In this document: positions 43,865 to 46,975 of the stretch, piece after piece
Layout of the letters: the number at the start of each line of letters is the position of its first letter
Position numbering within the stretch: the stretch's first letter is position 1
Source: Miltoncostaeaceae bacterium
Lineage (GTDB): Bacteria > Actinomycetota > Thermoleophilia > Miltoncostaeales > Miltoncostaeaceae
Assembly: GCA_046708705.1 (NCBI GenBank)
Contig: JBKKDD010000090.1
Location: forward strand, 1 to 46,975
Reading direction: 5' to 3'
DNA: 46,975 nt
Made by a program: the position numbers and the translations under genes
The notes under the pieces: generated by a model
Told to the model about the DNA's origin: nothing
Databases searched by the model: none
What the model saw: the letters and a program-made list of their open reading frames with translations, nothing else

Positions 43865-43881
43865 GTCTCGAACCACGACAC

Positions 43882-44868
43882 ATGCGCTCAGGCATGCTTC
43901 GAGCCAAGATGCCTCTTCGTCCACTCACCGTCGCGACCACCGACGAATCAGGGCTCACGGGGATCCAAGAGCAGCTCGCGCTCGTGGAGCCCGACAACCT
44001 GCGACGGCTGGAGCAGCCGTTACGGTGGGGTTTCGCGGATCGCTCGACTGCCCGGAAGGGACTCGAGATCGCCGCCGGGTTCGCGATCGCGGATCGACTG
44101 GGCGCGATCCGCCAGACGCAAGGCCCGGCAATTGGCCGCCATGGATACATGCTGATCGTGTGGCTCGGTTCCAGGTGGTTACAGCTCGAGCAACACGGCG
44201 CCACAGCGGTGCCGTTCAGCCAGTACCGGCTTTTGCACGACTTTGGGTGGGGGAATGCCGGGAAGCCTGCTCGCCAGGCACTCAAGCGTACCCTGTTGGG
44301 ACTCCAGGAAGCGCGGTGGGAAGGCGAGGTCAACGATGCCTTGACCGGTCGCAAGACGCATGAAGATCACTTTGGCATCATCGACCGGGTACTCTGGCCG
44401 ATCGCACCGAACGGCAGGACCGAGCGGCCCGGCTATATTTTCCTCGGCAGCTGGTTTTTGGAGCAGCTTCGCAACGAAGCCGGGGAGTGGCTCGATTGGG
44501 CGATCGTACGCGACCTTCCCCCGATTGCCCGGAAGTTCTATGGGTTGCTCGAAAACGACCGGTTCGTTTCGCGCGACAGCACGCATGAGTGGCAGGCCTA
44601 CACGCTGGGCGCGCCGCTGTTTGCAACACTGGGGTCGAGCTGTACCAGAGAACGCGACAACGTCGCCGCGGTGTTGCGCGCCTGCGAGGCGATCTGTGCA
44701 CTCGATCCGCGCTACAGGTTCACGCGTGAGCGAACACTCGACGCCCGAAACGGCTGGGTCAACCAGGTTGTCGTGAGCCGAACGGCGCGACGGCGCGTCG
44801 GTCCGCGCTCGTCGGGGCATCGTCCCCCGGGACTTTCTGCTCAGGTGAGCTCCGTAGCCAACGAGTGA
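43882..44868 (+). CDS. Putative plasmid replication initiator (RepA, 'replication initiator protein A'-like)
   Basis: Sits next to the iterons and AT-rich segment. The segment HGYMLIVWLGSRW...VPFSQYRLLHDFGW...GKPARQALKRTLLGLQEARWEG resembles the RPA-family pattern (by eye only). Exact start is uncertain. Confidence 0.55.
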   Translation: MRSGMLRAKMPLRPLTVATTDESGLTGIQEQLALVEPDNLRRLEQPLRWGFADRSTARKGLEIAAGFAIADRLGAIRQTQGPAIGRHGYMLIVWLGSRWLQLEQHGATAVPFSQYRLLHDFGWGNAGKPARQALKRTLLGLQEARWEGEVNDALTGRKTHEDHFGIIDRVLWPIAPNGRTERPGYIFLGSWFLEQLRNEAGEWLDWAIVRDLPPIARKFYGLLENDRFVSRDSTHEWQAYTLGAPLFATLGSSCTRERDNVAAVLRACEAICALDPRYRFTRERTLDARNGWVNQVVVSRTARRRVGPRSSGHRPPGLSAQVSSVANE

Positions 44869-45358
44869 GGTCGGGCATGGGGGTATCGGTGTGACGCACG
44901 GCCGGGTTGAGTGCATGACGGACGGCCTCTGCGCTCGCACCGGCCCAGCCGTTCGCCGCGACATCGGTGAGGAGCATCGCGATGCCGATCCGCACGAGGG
45001 TGGCGCGCTCGAGGTCGCGGAGCCCCACGGGATCGTGAGAGCGCCACTCGGCGACGACGTGATCGAGCCCGTCCAGGGTCTCCTGCGCCATGCGCATGTG
45101 CAAGCGCCCGCCAACCGGTACGACCGGACGGGTGTTGCCGCGCTCGGGTGCCACGGCGACCGGCACATAACCACGTGCGGACACCGACGCCTGCGTTTCG
45201 TCATGACGCGGCCAGGGCGTCGAGGATGATGTTCGCGGTGTGGCCGGCGTGGAGGAACTTGGCGACGATGAGTCGCTGTCGCGTGTGAAGCGAGCGGCCT
45301 CGACAGCAAGCTTGGCGAGGGCCCCGTCGCGGGCGGCAGAGGCCGAGTGACTAGACAT
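44759..45358 (-). CDS. Putative centromere-binding partition protein (ribbon-helix-helix, ParG-like) with an S/T/P-rich N-terminus
   Basis: The ATG overlaps the parA stop (CATGTCTAG). The segment GGRLHMRMAQETLDGLDHVVAEW looks like an RHH strand plus helix. The 3' end overlaps the rep 3' end by ~110 nt, so the true stop or frame is uncertain. Confidence 0.45.
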   Translation of the reverse strand: MSSHSASAARDGALAKLAVEAARFTRDSDSSSPSSSTPATPRTSSSTPWPRHDETQASVSARGYVPVAVAPERGNTRPVVPVGGRLHMRMAQETLDGLDHVVAEWRSHDPVGLRDLERATLVRIGIAMLLTDVAANGWAGASAEAVRHALNPAVRHTDTPMPDLTRWLRSSPEQKVPGDDAPTSADRRAVAPFGSRQPG

Positions 45359-46145
45359 GGAGCACCTCGCGACTTGCGGTCAAGACCTCGTCGCAGACGA
45401 GGTCCCAGACATACTGCAGATGGTCGTCGAGCGCGTCGACACCGACGCGTTGTGAGGCGGCCTGCCGGTATGCGACCCGCTTGGCGATGACCTGATCGAA
45501 TACCGGCCACGGCGCCCCGGCGCGAAGCGCGTCGGCGGTCGCGCGGGCATCGACGGTGTGGAGCTCGGCAAGGGTCAACAGGATCCCGAGGACGCGAAGA
45601 TCGGGGTTCAGTCGGTGGCGAACCTCGGCGAGATGGCGGGCGAGCTTTGCGAGGCCCTCCAAGGCGTAGATCTCCGGCGGACACGGCACGAGCACCTCAT
45701 CGGCAGCAACCCAGGCGTTCGTCGCGATCAGGTCGAATCCCGGAGCGGTATCGATGATGGCCAGGTCGTAGTCGTTGTGAATCGGCGCGAGCGCCTCGCG
45801 AAGCAACTGCTCGCGTCCAGAGACGTTCAGCAGCACGGCCGCATCATCATCGAGCGTCGCCTCCGCGGGGATCAGGTCGCCACAGTCGACCATGCTGGTG
45901 CGGGGCTGATCGAGGACTGCCCGAAGCATTTGCTCGTCCAACTGCATCGCGGCTGCCGCGCGCAGCAGGGCCGAGAGCCCGATAGCGTCCGGATGAGCGC
46001 CGGCATGGCGTGACAGGTGCGCCTGGGGGTTCGCGTCGATCGTCACGACGCGGCAGCCTGCCCGGCGCGCCGCTGCGGCGAGGTTGATGACGGTCGTCGT
46101 CTTCCCCACCCCACCCTTCTGATTACTGACTGCGATGGTCCTCAT
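45351..46145 (-). CDS. parA: ParA/Soj-family partition ATPase
   Basis: Internal ATG 46145 with RBS GGGAGAG. MRTIAVSNQKGGVGKTTT deviant Walker A, IIDTAPG, 264 aa. The upstream 122 aa of ORF 45351..46511 are non-coding-like. Confidence 0.9.
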   Translation of the reverse strand: MRTIAVSNQKGGVGKTTTVINLAAAARRAGCRVVTIDANPQAHLSRHAGAHPDAIGLSALLRAAAAMQLDEQMLRAVLDQPRTSMVDCGDLIPAEATLDDDAAVLLNVSGREQLLREALAPIHNDYDLAIIDTAPGFDLIATNAWVAADEVLVPCPPEIYALEGLAKLARHLAEVRHRLNPDLRVLGILLTLAELHTVDARATADALRAGAPWPVFDQVIAKRVAYRQAASQRVGVDALDDHLQYVWDLVCDEVLTASREVLHV

Positions 46146-46674
46146 TGCGATCTCTCCCTGCGCTGGTGAGGCTGTGCCGGTCTGCCACATCTTCGCGGCC
46201 TGCTGCGCGAGTCCTGCCCAGCTCCTGCAGCTCGTGTCGGCCAGAGCTGGCGGTGGCCCGGAACCTCTGCATGACCGCCTGTGCATCCATGCACGGACGA
46301 CGAGGCCCCTGCTCGTGTGGCATGCCGTTCGACGTTGACCATGCGTACTCCACATCATGGTGCCGAGGTGCAGAGCAGCGCATCCCCATGCTGAGCAGCG
46401 GTGCACATGCAGCGCAACACGTCTTTGCCACAGGGGGCCGGGCCATTCGCGGCGGCTGATCGAAACCGAAGGAGGACTCTGCGCGCCGGCGACCTTCGTC
46501 TGGCCGACCACATTCGTGAGACAACGATGCGTTCAGGGAGCCCCGGAGTGGGGGACGGAGGCCATGGACAGCACGCTCGAGGGCCCACTCTTCGGGGCCA
46601 CGACGCCAACGCGGCTGGGCCGGTATCCCCGAAGGATCCGGCCCGAACCGCGCTGTCGCCTGTGAAGCTTGGGG

Positions 46675-46975
46675 CTAGACGCCCGGGGGCTTCGGGAAAC
46701 GGTGACGCATCGTGTACTGGTACGGAGTGGCGAACAGCAGGTCGCCGATGTCCTCCGGGGTACGCTCGATGGTCTGCGTCCAGATGGTCTGGGCGCCGGG
46801 GATGATGAGGTCGAAGCTGAAGGTCATGAGACCAATGAGCTCCTTGACCGGCATCATCGCGCCGAGGTTGTCGAACGGGGTCGCACAAAGCGCCCACGTG
46901 CGGATCGCGTTCGCCGAAGCGGTACGGATCGACTCGGGCTTCAATTGGAACCGGTGCTGGCCGACCGTCTCGGGC
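46675..46975 (-). CDS. 3' portion of an ADC-family gene (continuation of paralog A if circular, or a second copy)
   Basis: ...FQLKPESIRTASANAIRTWALCATPFDNLGAMMPVKELIGLMTFSFDLIIPGAQTIW...RHRFPKPPGV stop. The reading frame is open to the window end. 46840..46975 repeats 1..136. Confidence 0.8.
   Translation of the reverse strand, partial: PETVGQHRFQLKPESIRTASANAIRTWALCATPFDNLGAMMPVKELIGLMTFSFDLIIPGAQTIWTQTIERTPEDIGDLLFATPYQYTMRHRFPKPPGV
46840..46975. repeat. Terminal direct repeat: 46840..46975 matches 1..136 (133/136 identical)
   Basis: Direct base-by-base comparison at an offset of 46839. Mismatches occur only at window positions 103, 105 and 106 versus 46942, 46944 and 46945. Confidence 0.95.

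Noticed and set aside
46146-46674. A cluster of CATGC-containing half-palindromes (46288, 46321, 46340, 46387, 46406) upstream of parA, considered as a possible centromere.
   Set aside because: The spacings (33, 19, 47, 19) are irregular, and the motif is too short to distinguish from chance. It is kept only as a place to look for the partition site.
1-46975. A prophage or ICE interpretation of the window.
   Set aside because: I could recognise no capsid, terminase, tail, integrase, relaxase or T4SS-like ORFs. The backbone is plasmid-type (iterons, rep, parA).

Overview
High-GC (roughly 68-70% by eye), actinobacteria-like, densely coding window with about 45 supportable CDS, no rRNA or tRNA, and no CRISPR array. 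The main structural observation is that the two window ends (1..136 and 46840..46975) are a near-identical direct repeat inside one reading frame. Nearby sit an iteron array, a Rep-like gene and a parA/RHH partition pair, so the window looks like a complete circular plasmid or chromid of about 46.84 kb. An integrated plasmid flanked by a duplicated gene is the alternative. Cargo, in order: two acetoacetate-decarboxylase-like paralogs; a TRAP transporter; a complete coenzyme F420 pathway in two convergent operons (cofD-cofC-cofE-fprA-like, and crotonase-cofG-cofH); an IclR regulator, aminotransferase and MaoC hydratase; an acyl-CoA dehydrogenase coupled to a large nitroreductase-fold protein; SDR and GMC oxidoreductases; a TPP-riboswitch-controlled ykoF plus ABC importer operon; two convergent aldehyde dehydrogenases; a PrmA-like methyltransferase, an MFS transporter, a degenerate Sir2-like protein and an SDR; a six-gene operon of thiolase-fold/DUF35/HMG-CoA-synthase-like/acyl-CoA-synthetase genes; an acetolactate synthase large subunit flanked by two paralogous small DUF2283-like genes; and a CbbQ/NorQ-type AAA+ plus split CbbO/NorD-type vWA module with no RuBisCO, NOR or gas-vesicle genes nearby. 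All family calls come from reading motifs in the supplied translations. No database search was run.
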